A stretch of DNA of 64,000 nucleotides from contig OZ059897.1 of NCBI GenBank assembly GCA_964057225.1, forward strand, positions 15,810,001-15,874,000, written 5' to 3'. Source of the DNA: Auanema rhodensis (taxonomy: Eukaryota > Animalia > Nematoda). This document shows positions 40,427-52,700 of this stretch, in pieces; positions within the stretch are counted from its first letter, which is position 1, and every line of letters starts with the position of its first letter. The translations under genes were made by a program, and so were the position numbers. Under the pieces are notes generated by a model. That model saw only the letters and a list, made by a program, of their open reading frames with translations, made no database searches and was not told the DNA's origin.

Positions 40427-41949
40427 ATGGATTATGATGTCATAGCAAATCAGCCAGTTGTGATCGATAACGGATCTGGAGTTATTAAAGCTGGATTTGC
40501 TGGTGATCAAGCACCTAAAGTTAAATTCGCCAATTATGTTGGTCGCCCAAAACACACACGTGTTATGGCTGGTGCCTTAGAAGGAGATCTGTTTATTGGT
40601 AGCTTTTTATTTCATGTAATATACTTGCCGTTAATTGTGTAGGACCAAAAGCTGAAGAATATCGTGGGTTATTATCTATTAAATACCCTATGGAACATGG
40701 AATTGTCACGGACTGGAATGATATGGAGAGAGTTTGGCAGTATATTTACAGTCAAGAGCAATTACATGTTTGTTCTTGATTAGTTTTTAGTTGTTTTATT
40801 TTTTAAAGGTATTTCCTGAAGAGCATCCTGTTCTACTAACAGAAGCTCCTTTTAATCCCATGAGACACAAAGAAAAGGTTTTATTTTCTTTTTTATCAAT
40901 GATTAAAAATGTATTTCAGGCTTCCGAAATTTTCTTCGAATCTTTCAATGCTCCTGCTTTACACATTCAGATGCAGGCAGTTTTGGCATTATATTCTACT
41001 GGTATACTTTATTGATTTCTACTAGAATTATTCAGAAATATACACTTTATTTAAGGTCGCACGACTGGAATCGTTTTAGATTCAGGAGATGGTGTAACTC
41101 ACATTGTTCCGATTTTTGAAGGATTTGCAATGAAACATGGGTAGAATCGTTTGGATATCTGAATTTTGAGAGAATATGTTTACAGTATTGAAAGAATGGA
41201 TGTCGCTGGAAGAGATGTTACTCGTTGGTTAAGGCTTCTTCTTAGGAAGGAAGGAATTGATCTTCATCGTACAAGTGAATTTGAAATTGTTCGAGAAATC
41301 AAGGAAAAGGCCTGTTTCTTAACTACCAATGCTGCTAAGGAAGAAACTGCTCCTCTTGATAAAGTTTTTTTTCTCTCGAAGCCTTTATATCATTTTTATA
41401 GTTTTCATACACCTTGCCTGATGGATCCAAATTTGATTGTGGTGCTTGTCGTTTCCGTGCTCCAGAAGTTCTCTTCAGGCCCGACTTGATCGGTGAGGAA
41501 TGGCCTGGAATACCTCAACTCATTATCGATTCCATAAGAGTAATTGCGTTATTCTTGAAATGTTAATATTTCAAAAATTCAGAAATGCGACATGGATTTA
41601 CGTAAAACATTGTACGGGAATATAGTTCTTAGTGGTGGTTCTACTATGTTTGCTGGGTTTGGCGACAGACTATTATCTGAGGTATTAATTGATATTAACA
41701 TTTTCTGAGCCTTCTGTAATTTAGGTTCGAAAAATGGCTCCCCAAGATTCAAAAATTCGTATTTCTGCACCACAGGTATTTAATATCATTTTATTATATC
41801 TTAATCATTATTTTTTCAAGGAGCGTATGTATTCGACTTGGATTGGTGGTTCTATTCTTGCTTCTTTGGATACTTTCCGTAAAATGTGGGTTAGTAAGAA
41901 GGACTACGAAGAAGAGGGTAAGAAGATCTTACACAAGAAATTCTTCTAA
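40427..41949 (+). CDS. arp-1: Actin-related protein 1 (centractin, dynactin filament); multi-exon
   Basis: [31 protein letters not shown]...[18 protein letters not shown] is Arp1-specific; ends [33 protein letters not shown]...HKKFF*. Confidence 0.97.
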
Positions 41950-42685
41950 GCGCATGATAATGCTAAACTGGTGTTTTAAAAATTGATAATAGGTTGTGTA
42001 TTCTTCACCATCCCGTTGATTTGTAGCCATTTTTTCCCTGTAATTCTCTAATTTTCAAGAATACCCAAATCAGTCATTGACTAAAGAATATTTAACAGTT
42101 CTGCGAATCCTTCTATACTTCCGCTTTAGTCATCTGTTTTTAACAAACTTTACTCATAGCTTTTTGTTGTACACATGTCAATCTTATCTTGTAACCTTAA
42201 CTAAGATGTGGTTTCTTGTATATGAAAAGCCGTGTACATCTCGACATAATTATTTATTGTTATTGGTTTCAATATGAAGGAGTTGTATTTATTCTGGCCT
42301 GTTTCAATTAAAAAAATAGCTTTGTTATATATTAATGTGTATTTTTTCTAATGTAATATGGTATATCTTATGTGCCATGTACAGTAAAGTATCAGGGTCG
42401 GTTTGTACAGATTATCAAAAAAAAAGTTCAGTAGTCATTCAGATGATGAGAAACGATGAAGTTCAATGCCGTTTGACGAGACTGTTAAATTGTCAATGGT
42501 AGGGTCAACCCCTTCGTCAACCTGTGATGCCATTAACGGTCACTGCTAGTATCTGGCGGTCTACAATTCTTCTCGAACCTCCAACTGTCGAAAATTCTGT
42601 CTTAATATTGTTTTTGGTCCTTCATTTCTTTTTTTGATTTTCTTTCTCGTTCTATGAAAGTGTGTCTAATAACATGATGTTTCAG

Positions 42686-42956
42686 ATGGTTCTGAAAATT
42701 TTATCACTTTTTCTTGCTATCACTCTGATACAAGGAATGATTCAAGGAACTGAAGATGTGTTCAAGGCAGAAAGGTTGTTCTATTTCAAATTTTAAAAAC
42801 GTTTGCCTAATTTTCAGATATGCCACTGTTGGTTACCCTGTATTAGTTGATGGCTTCGCCGTTGATGTCCAACAAAGAAATGATGGAAATGACGAATTGG
42901 AAGAACTACCAGTACCTTCTCAGGCCCTTATATATCATGGACGATTGTATATTTGA
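42686..42956 (+). CDS. Small secreted orphan protein, 75 aa, 2 exons (42686-42774, 42818-42956)
   Basis: TTTCAG directly before the ATG (trans-splice-like); hydrophobic signal peptide MVLKILSLFLAITLIQG; 43-nt GT..TTTTCAG intron keeps the frame; AATAAA ~30 nt after the stop. Confidence 0.75.
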
Positions 42957-43791
42957 TTTCATTTTTGCATAGACCTAATTGTAAATAAAAATATTTTATC
43001 TCACATTTTTCCAGCCGACGAGCTATTCGGGACCCCATTGCTGAATTTTTAGACGATAAAGCTGCTGAAGAAGTTTTCAATGATGTTAGTGTATAACATT
43101 AATTCGAATAGTTTGATCCGTTTAGGTTCATCCTCCTGCTCCACCAAATTTTTCTGATTTGATTGATACGCAACAAAGTAATTCTTTTGAAGACGATGAT
43201 CTTCCGGTAAAATATATATATAGCATTGTCCAACTTTGAACTGTTGATTGCAGTTTGAAAACGATGTTCCAGTGAAGACCACAACACAAAGAATTCCAAG
43301 ACTGCCAGAAGGCCCACCGTAAGTGCCATATGCAATTTTTTTTTAAACATATAGTTCATCGGTGCTGAAGCATCTGATTGTCTTCATTCATATCATATCG
43401 CCAATCGTAACAATCTTTTTTTAGTATTAAAATTTATTAAATTGTAAATGATATGTGACAGCTTTCGTTGAAATGCTCTTGAACTTTCTTGTCTTAGCGC
43501 TTTAATGATAAGGTTGTAAAGAAATTCATCACGCACTATGTGACAGAGAATTTTTAAAAATTATTCGAACAACCTCCTTGCTTATCAATAACAAAACAAT
43601 AGCTTATTCTCTCAACGCCACTTAGAATTACAATTCCCTCTGTCTGAATATAATAAACAGAAAATTAAGTCAAAACTGAAAGAACATGTTTGCCCAAAAC
43701 TCTTCTCAAAAAACTTTCAATAATTGATAAGAAATCTAAAAATACGCTTGGCAGAAGTTCATTAATCTAATCACTATGCCGCATCTCATTC

Positions 43792-44373
43792 ATGTTTGCG
43801 AAACCTACAAATATCACGTGAGCATCATTTTCATTTTTAAACCGACTGAACGACTGGTTGCAATCACCTCAATAATCAATATATAGTAAATCTCCACGCA
43901 TAAATCAAAAATCCGAAATTTTTGAAAGTCTGCAAAATCGTTCATCTTTTTTAACTCTCTTGTACACCATCTGCATTATTAGACCAACGTCTCCCAATGC
44001 AAACACTGGGCGGGAAATGAAGCCATTTGACTTTAATGTCGATCCTGACTTCCCAACTGAAGCGCCACGGTACCTTAAGACAATTTAAACATATACGAAT
44101 GAATGACTTTAGAGCAAGAGGTCTTATTAACATTCCTGAAGGATGGAATTCTGATCGACAAGTAGATGAAGAATTTAGACATGGATTCCGATGGAACACT
44201 GTTAGTTGCTACATAACATCAAAAGTTTTGATTAAGATTTCAGGAACATATAAGCCCGTCCACAACATCAAAACCTTGGGATTTATTAAGATCAGAGCGA
44301 CAAATTGATCAAAGCTATCGACAACAGGTTCAATATTTCCTGAATTTATTTAAACTAATAACAGGGAAAATAG
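43792..44373 (+). CDS. Putative orphan spliced gene (~129 aa), unknown function
   Basis: Two 43-nt GT-AG introns (44070-44112, 44201-44243) join frames into ...DFPTEAPRARGLINIPEGWNSDRQ...FRWNTEHISPSTTSKPW...; first and last exons are tentative. Confidence 0.45.
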
Positions 44374-46319
44374 GGAGTTTAATCCTATGTTGCTGTCATA
44401 TACATAGGTTAAACTACAAAGATTATTCAATAACAATGATCTCATCTTCTTGCCGAAACTTTTAGATATCTCATAACATTCTTTCATTCGAAAATGATTA
44501 ATAGATTAAAAAGAAAGAGATGAAGTCTCGCATTTATTATGACTCGAAGATTGAAAACAGTACTCTGTGACAAAAAGAAATGAAGGTAACTACGAATGAC
44601 AGTCTGAACATCAACCGGGAATGTACAAACGATATAGTTAAGATCTTCTTTCGGTAGGCATTTCGTCAGAGTATTGCATAAATATAGATGCTCAAATAAG
44701 TATTGTTTATTTTCCACCTATTGTTGACCTCTTCGAAAACAGCCCACTCGGCGAAATTGTTGGAATAATGCCAGTTTGTCAGAACTTCTTTAGGCGGGAG
44801 ATTCCGATTGACCGTTGTTGTTGTATATGGTCGTTTAATGATCATGAGTGAACCAACAAGGCATTGACACCTAAGCTACGGTATGAAAAAAAGATGTTAC
44901 TTTAGAAAAAGTGACGTTTTAATGACATTGCACCGTATGTATTCTGTATCATACCGTTTATTCTGTTTATGAAATGGTTGATTTACTAATTAGCTATTTT
45001 CTTGGCAGTAATCTTATATAGAAATACTCGTATTGTTTAATTATTTTATTTCTAAGTATTGAACAATATCTCAAAAATGACAACCTAGATTTTCACTAGT
45101 GAATATGAGCTGTGTTCGGAAAAGTTTGATGGTGGTGAAGTTATAAGAATCTGTGCTTGTTTGAATCCCTCAAAGTGAGGAGCAAGGAATAAGATTTATG
45201 AATGCAAACTATTAATTTAGAAAGATAAATCTAAAATAAAAGTAAAACACGAATTAATCCACATATTTTACAAATAGTGATTTAAATCAAAAAAGCTACT
45301 TTTTTTTAGGGTTTCCCTGTTTTTCGTAGACAGTAAGAAGATTCTGCTAATACCACTATGATGAGCAATCTAGTCTTTTACCTTCTACCTTATGTACGTA
45401 AATACTTATTGTACAGAAAACATACTAACCTACTATATATTTTCATTTAAGTGTTAATAATGGAAATTTTCTGTTCTCGATTCATTTAACTAGTCATAAC
45501 ATGAACATATAAATAAATTTATTTATATATTTCCACTTAATAATAAATGTTGATTCATGAAAATTAGTAATATATATATATATATATGTTAAAATCGATT
45601 CACGCCTGAAGTTAGCAAAACGTGAACCTAAGCAACCCAACCACATTAATGTTAACAATCTGATAACCCTGAATTTCTGGTAAATAACTCGAATTTAAAA
45701 TATATAGGACAAACATTATTTTAGCACTATAGCAAAAATACTTAGAGACGTGCTATTATGTTCGTTAGTCCCTTGGCATGCCGGTGTATTTTTGCTCGCT
45801 CAGTAGTATGTAGGAGGTCAGGTCAAATTATATTGATTGGTAGGCGCATGGCATTACAACATTCGTAGAAGACTTATTAATGTCATCCAAATAAAAATCC
45901 TATTTGAATAAAGGATGATTATCTGCTTTGTATCTTCTATGCATAACAAAGTTTTTTGCATTTTATTTATGATACCATTACGTAGAAGTTTGATTGAATA
46001 TGAAGACAATTGAAAGATTGAATAAATAGTTGTGTTTGAGTAGTGAATATTTTTAGAGTTAGATTTAAAAGTAATAAATTGAATCTGTAGTGTTATTAAG
46101 TTGAATTGTAAAGCTTAACGAATTGTAATGCTTGCCAAAGAATTATTGCTACTGCACAGCAATGTATGAAATAACCGTCAACCATAAAATATAGCATGTA
46201 CTTACAATTCTGGTTCGAATTCACGATTTTATAGAGGCGCAGAATCAATTTTTTATAACTTCTTAAAATAAACGTAAAGAATTCTGGCGTCTACATAGAG
46301 GAATCTACTTCTACAGGAC

Positions 46320-46640
46320 ATGCCTGGTACTGAACATCAAGGACTAGAGAAGAGAGAGCCCGTTTGCATAGTCGCGTCGGACCAATATCAGAGCGCGTGC
46401 GGACGCGCAACGCGGCCACAATGGACTGATGCGAATCCAAAAAGGGACAACGTCGGTGGTCGTGGTAGGCTAAGAAAAGGCGGTAGCACGGATCGAGATA
46501 TAGTCTTTTCTTATTTGAAGAGTTTCTCTAAGCTTTTTTGGCATCTGCTCTACGGCGGGCCCCCCACAGTCACAATTATATTGGGGTGCGCGTCATGTGT
46601 AAGCTCCGCCCCTTGTATTGCGTCCTCGCGTTTGCGTTCT
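46320..46640 (+). promoter_or_regulatory. GC/CpG-rich promoter region upstream of din-1
   Basis: Sharp local GC rise with many CGCG/GCGC words, followed by a T-rich outron-like tract just before the first exon. Confidence 0.55.
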
Positions 46641-46771
46641 ACAGCGTATCTCTTTGTTCTTTTTTCGTTTTCTATATTTTTTGTCTTAGTTTTTAACATT
46701 TTAATTTTTTTTGAATTAAGGAAAATATATGTTCTAAAGGTCGTATGTCATAAAAATCGTTGACTGATGGC

Positions 46772-49700
46772 ATGGCTAACGTATTTGCACAATCTTTGAT
46801 GCCAAGAGAGAGTCGTCATGTTCTTGTATCAGGACTACCCGATAATTTAACAAATGAGAAGACAATTATCGAATTCTTTTCTCGGTATATTTAGAAAAAT
46901 TTATTTTTGTACTCGTTCATTTGAGGTACGGCCGCGTGCAAAAAGCTGAGAAGTGTGAGAACGGAATCGTTGTGTCCTTTATGGACGTTAGGGCCGCTCA
47001 AAAAGCTCAATCCGGAGATAAAAAATTAGATGGAGCAATCTCTTTTGAGCTCTCTTTCTATGAACCTTCTACCGGCACGAAGTAAGTTGTCATGTTTTAT
47101 TCTTGTTGAGTTCTGGAATTTTACAATTGCCATCTGCTATACCGTCTGTTGCTAATATCATCTTTAGATTGAGTTACTTATTGATTTATATTGTTTAAGT
47201 AGAATTATTCTTTTCTAAAAATTAAAAAAAAATTCCTTATCCTGATATTCTTTTTTCACTATTACAACGTTTCATTAAATATTCCTAAAAAGAATTTCTA
47301 TGTTCATCTGGCTGTTCAGTTATATCTTGTTGTTTCAGTGGTCCTGTATTCACTCAGTTACCAGAATCACCTCTGGTACCGACCTCATCTAATTATGACA
47401 CGGTAAAACGTGCCATGTCACCCAAGAAAGAATCTCGGTAAGGACCCTTATAGTTATTTTAGTTAAATAATATTCTTATAGCTCTTCTCGCTCTGCAAAC
47501 TTATCATCTAGAAGACAAAGTCGACAAGAAAATCATAGGTTTGTAAACATGAAAATATTTCGAATAATATTCCTAAATGCTGCTATATTCAATCTATATT
47601 AGGCAACGTCCGTCAGGTTGTTCTATGCCTTACAAATATTCAGTTTATTTATTCACGCTTCAATTTTTTCATTATCTTATCTTATTATTCTATATAATTA
47701 ATTATAATATTATAATTGTAAAGTTAATTTTTATGCTTTTGTTTTTGAGTAATTTTATTGCTCCTGAATGCTGGTTTGTATGCTAGGGTTTTTTTTAGCT
47801 TATCGTAGGGATAATCTCATCGTTTGAGGTACCAGTGTTTTCACCTTGTTAGGTTCTATAAGAAAATAACCTTGACTATGAGTGGATTTTTGCGGGCGAT
47901 CAATAAGTGAATGACAGAACCCACGCGCTAAAATTGAAATTTAGCTCCTAAATTCCAGACATTATGAATCATTTTTTTCAGACGATCATCAGAGACTTGT
48001 GACGATGATACGATAGTATCAACATGTGTCTCGGGAATGCAAGGGGTTTACGTAGTTCTGGAAGATTTCCAAGAGGGTATCATGGACGCTGTTCTGAAGG
48101 CTCAAATCCGAAAAGAATTGAGAATGTTCGGCTCAATAGCTTATATAATACTAACAGAAATTGAAGATGAGGATAATAAATGTGCTATGGTTATTTTCAA
48201 AAAGTAAGATTTTACTTTATTCACTCTGAAATACAATTTTCTTTTAGCGTTTACGAATTCGACAAGCTTCAAGCTGCCAAGTACATAATGGTTGATCAGA
48301 CAAAATGTAGATTAAAACGAGCTACACCAGTTGAAGTTCACGATGCCTACAGTGCTCAGCTAAGTGCCAACATGATCACGGCTTGTGCACGAGATGTTGA
48401 CCTACCTCAGCCTAGAAGATGTAATCGGAGTTACTCCTCTCAGCAGGATAAGGATTTTAGCAATTCAGACTTCTACCATTGCTTGGATGAAATTCAGCAA
48501 CTTCAAGATTCACCTCCTAGGACATATACATTTGATAGACATTCATCCGATGAAGAATTCGATCCCCTTTTCTCATCCGAAGTTTGGCCGAAAGCTAAAT
48601 CCGAGTCTGGATCAGAGGATGGGGAACCATACCATTCACCTGAAGCTTATTCTTCCGGAGATGGTGTATCTCCTCCTCAATCTCTATCTTCTGGAAGTAG
48701 TAGCCCTCCTGGAGAAAGTGGTGCGAGCTCATGTCCTAATAACTACTCAACTCCTATGGAGTTAGATCTTACAGAAAATGGCGATACTTCCATGATATCT
48801 AAAAATCCTGCTTCGGCTGATGATATGCATATGGATATTGATCTCAATGAGGATGCTCAAGTTTTTTCTCCTGTGTCTAATCGACAATATTCCACAGATT
48901 CAAAATCTCCCTTTTCTGGAAAATATGTCTCACAAGGCCGGTCGGATGCTTTAAAGTTTCATGAACATTTCTCTCGTAGTTCGAAAGAACCATCTTCGAA
49001 GCAATTGCATGGACATTCTCAATGCGTTCGTAGCAATTGTGATCCTGATTCTGATGATTTCTCGGAAATGCGAAATCGCTCACCTGACGAACGTATTGAC
49101 TATGAACTATCATCTTTCTCACTTAAAAAACGTGGTCCGAAATCAAATGTTGGCGACTGTTGTGGGTCTATTGAAGATTGTGAGTATGGCATTAGATCTG
49201 AATCGTCCGAGGATTTTGAAAATTCAAGTGATTCCTCAGCTGGCTCAGTATGCTCGGAATGTTCTGTCCAAACAGATGTAAGATATTCTTTGATTTAAAA
49301 AAAAAGATAATCATTGTTATTTCAGTTAGCAGTTCAGGAACTTCAAACAGACAAACTGAGAATAGATTCCATTCCATTAGATGCTCCCGAATCTTTTGTG
49401 ACTCAAGCGCTTAGACAGATGTTAAGCTTGTGCTTGGATGTTATATATGATGTTCATAGGTGTCAAGCTGTAGCGACATTTCCTAGTGAAAAAATTGCAC
49501 ATGATGTTTGGATTGAATCTAAAATAGCGAAACTGTAAGCTTAAAATATTTATTTAATATTTCAAATTTTTTAATTTCAAGAATACTTGTATGGGAAAAT
49601 GAAAGTTACCTTCTTTCTGTGCATTTATGTTCCAACCAATATTTTGAAGAATTTCTTCGTTTGCAATCTAAGCTTCCCTTTTGTCCGTTACTTGGCGATG

Positions 49701-52700
49701 TTAATGATTTGGATGATAATTTGGATGATGAGTAAGTATTTATAAATTTTTTTCTGACTAAGATTGGTTTACAGACATCGTCGAATTGACGAGGAATTGA
49801 AAAACATTTCCTGGAATGATCTTGATGATCCACAAATTTCTTCGGAGCCTAAAGCTGAACATTCCAATATATTTCAACCTCTCTCAATTTCAAGTTCTGA
49901 ATTTAGTAGTCCTTGTGTGTCACCTGAACCCACTTATGTTTGTTCGGATTGTCTTATTGATGCGATGCAGTTAACAAGAAAAGAAGGTATGATAGTGGTA
50001 TTTGTTTGAGTTGAAAATTTTGTTCTAGATTCCTCTGAGGTTAGTAAAGTCTGTATTGTGGATGATTCTGAGCATCACAAGCGAAATGATAATGTACTTG
50101 ATCAGCAATCCCAAGGACATAATCTGACACACTTTGGTATGAACATATAAAATGAGAGTAAGATACCGTTTTTGTTAAAGCTGCAAACCACGATAACAGT
50201 GGTTCTGAGGATGGAAAAAGTTCTGATGATGATGAAGAACGTACAGAGGAAGATCATCTTTCTGAAAATCATTCCGATGGATCAGTATCGAGGGAAGACC
50301 ATGCTATTGGCACTAGCAGTGACAATACAGACGAAGAGCAGGTTGATAATGAAGGGGTCGAAGCTATGGAAATTGCCTCTGACTCTGATAAGGATGACTC
50401 TTGCTCGATTTCTGACCTGAATGAAATAAAACAGAAAAAACAACACAAAGATGATCGGTATAACAATTTTTAATACATATTTCATTGTTTTTGTTTGTTT
50501 TCAGTTCACAATATTCTTCATCAAGTTCTGATCATGAATCAGCAGATGTACCTCATACTTCACATACTATAGAAAATAATTGTCATGAAAATTCCGAGAA
50601 TAGTTCACATGAATCTAATTTATGTTTGTTTTTTCATTTTTATAAATAATAATTTTTCAACTTTCAGACTCCGTTTATATAGATAAAAATTATTCTGATA
50701 GTCCCTCTGAGCCAAAAATCGAAAGTGAAAAAACAGAAGATCATCAATTAACAGTTTTTGAAACAAGGTGCTTCTTTATTAATTTAATTTTTAATTGTTG
50801 TTTAAACTTCAGAACAACTGGGGAATCTAGCTCTAATTTCGAAACTTTACTTCCGCCTCCTCCGCCGCCTATTCTACTCTCTCCTGATTCTGAATTGGAA
50901 AGGAAATTTTCTGAGGTCTGCGAAATAATAACTGCTAAAGTAATTGTTTTGAAATTTAATTTACTGTTCAGGAAACTGAGGGAGATCCTGATGATATTGT
51001 TCAAAGTGGAACTTCGCCACCCCCTCATATGGAATCAGAATTTCAAGTTAAAGGAGAATACACTGGGTGAGAATTTGTTTGGAACAATTTTTTAAATGTA
51101 ATTTGTTAAGGTATGATGAAAAAGTTGGATTTACATGGCCTATTGGTGAAGAACTCCATAACCCACTCGAAATTTCTTTAGACGTTAGTGATAAGGCACT
51201 GTCCGATCCTCGACTAGAATATGAAAACGACTCAAGTGATGATAATTTTCCTGAGTTTCTTGGTAGACTAATTCAAAATGATGAGCCAAAAAGGTACACT
51301 ACAATATTAATACCGAGCTAATGTTATATGCTCTTTCTTGTTTCAGAATAGCAGCTCTGTTTATGGAAAGCACTCCAGTTAACCATAATAGCGATGATTT
51401 ACGAACTGTAATTTCTGATATTGATATTAATGAAATCAAAGAAGAATCTGACTCGGACCAATCCGATGATGCTATTATACCATTGCATGATCCAGCTGTT
51501 GTTCATATCGAAGGAATTAGCAGTCCTAGTGGTGAGGATGAAGACCTGGATCTAGGAATGCAAAATGAAGACGTGGTTGACCATATTCTGGATGAAGCTA
51601 ACGCTTTGAATGATGAAGAAGAATACGCAAGTGCCGATGAAATTGAGCCGTATTTGAGTGATGATAACGACAATGATTTGGATGAAACTTTCATGACATG
51701 TCGTGGTCTTGAAGATGATGAAATCGAACCGAGTATTCAAATAATTACCATGGACGCTGCTGTTGATACTGGTTCGAAAGAATACGGTTTTAGTGGAATT
51801 GAAGGGGATGAGTTTGCTTCTGAAAATGATATATCGAGGCTTGAACTTGTCGACAAAGATGCTGAGCAAATATCTCATGCGCTTGACACCGTTTTAGAAG
51901 TTCATCTCGTTGATCTGGACGAAGATGAATTTCTTGACCTGAGAGGAGATTTAACTGCTCAAGTTATCGAGGTAGATGCCGAAAACGATATAGAAGCTGA
52001 ATGCGAAATATATTGTAATGATTTGGTGTCTTCTGATAGTGAAGAAGACGAAGAGGAAGTTGAAGAGCAAGAAGAAGAAGTCATCTTAGAAACGGAAACT
52101 TCTAGCAAACCCGTGATAAAGGATATGGAGAGTACTGCTGTAGAAGACATATCTGATGACGAATCGGATCACAATGAGAAGGAAGTAGATGTGCGAGATC
52201 CTAAAGTAGAATGCGAACAGAGCGTCAAATTACAAGCTACTGAAAAAGTATCAGAGCCACTCATAGAAGTTCAGTTTGAAATTAAAGCATCTGCATCGAC
52301 TGTAGAAAATGAAGAAGCTTTTATGTATTCTTTGTATCTAGCTGAGCTTTCTCAAAGGAAACTTATGTCAGACAAGTCTGCAAGCTTAGATCTTAATACA
52401 CAAGATGATGAAAGTACAGAAGAAGTTACTAGTTCAGATGAGAACGGTTCTGGGAGTTCTGATGACGATGTCAGAAATAAACAAGAGTTACACCAAAATC
52501 GCTTAGAACGTTCTCACACAATGAAAAAAATTAACAGCTCAGGTAGGGGTAAGAAAATATTATTTATTATATTTTCAATAATGTGTTTTTAAGATGGACG
52601 ACCAGAAATTAGCTCCAATTGTGTAAAAGAAGCTTATGATGAGAAAGTATGCCGGAATCGCATCAGCGAAGATGGAGAATCTGAAGGGAATAGCGATAAA

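Noticed and set aside
42440-42570. Hairpin (GACTGTT...AACGGTC; AATGGTA...TGCCATT) with upstream ATGATGA as a snoRNA or miRNA
   Set aside because: No terminal CTGA D box, no properly placed H box, and the stem is too interrupted for a pre-miRNA; it would need an Rfam/Infernal hit or small-RNA reads.
46320-46763. 147-aa ORF upstream of din-1
   Set aside because: It spans the GC-rich promoter and a poly-T tract; stop-poor composition explains the ORF, and there is no splice or homology support.
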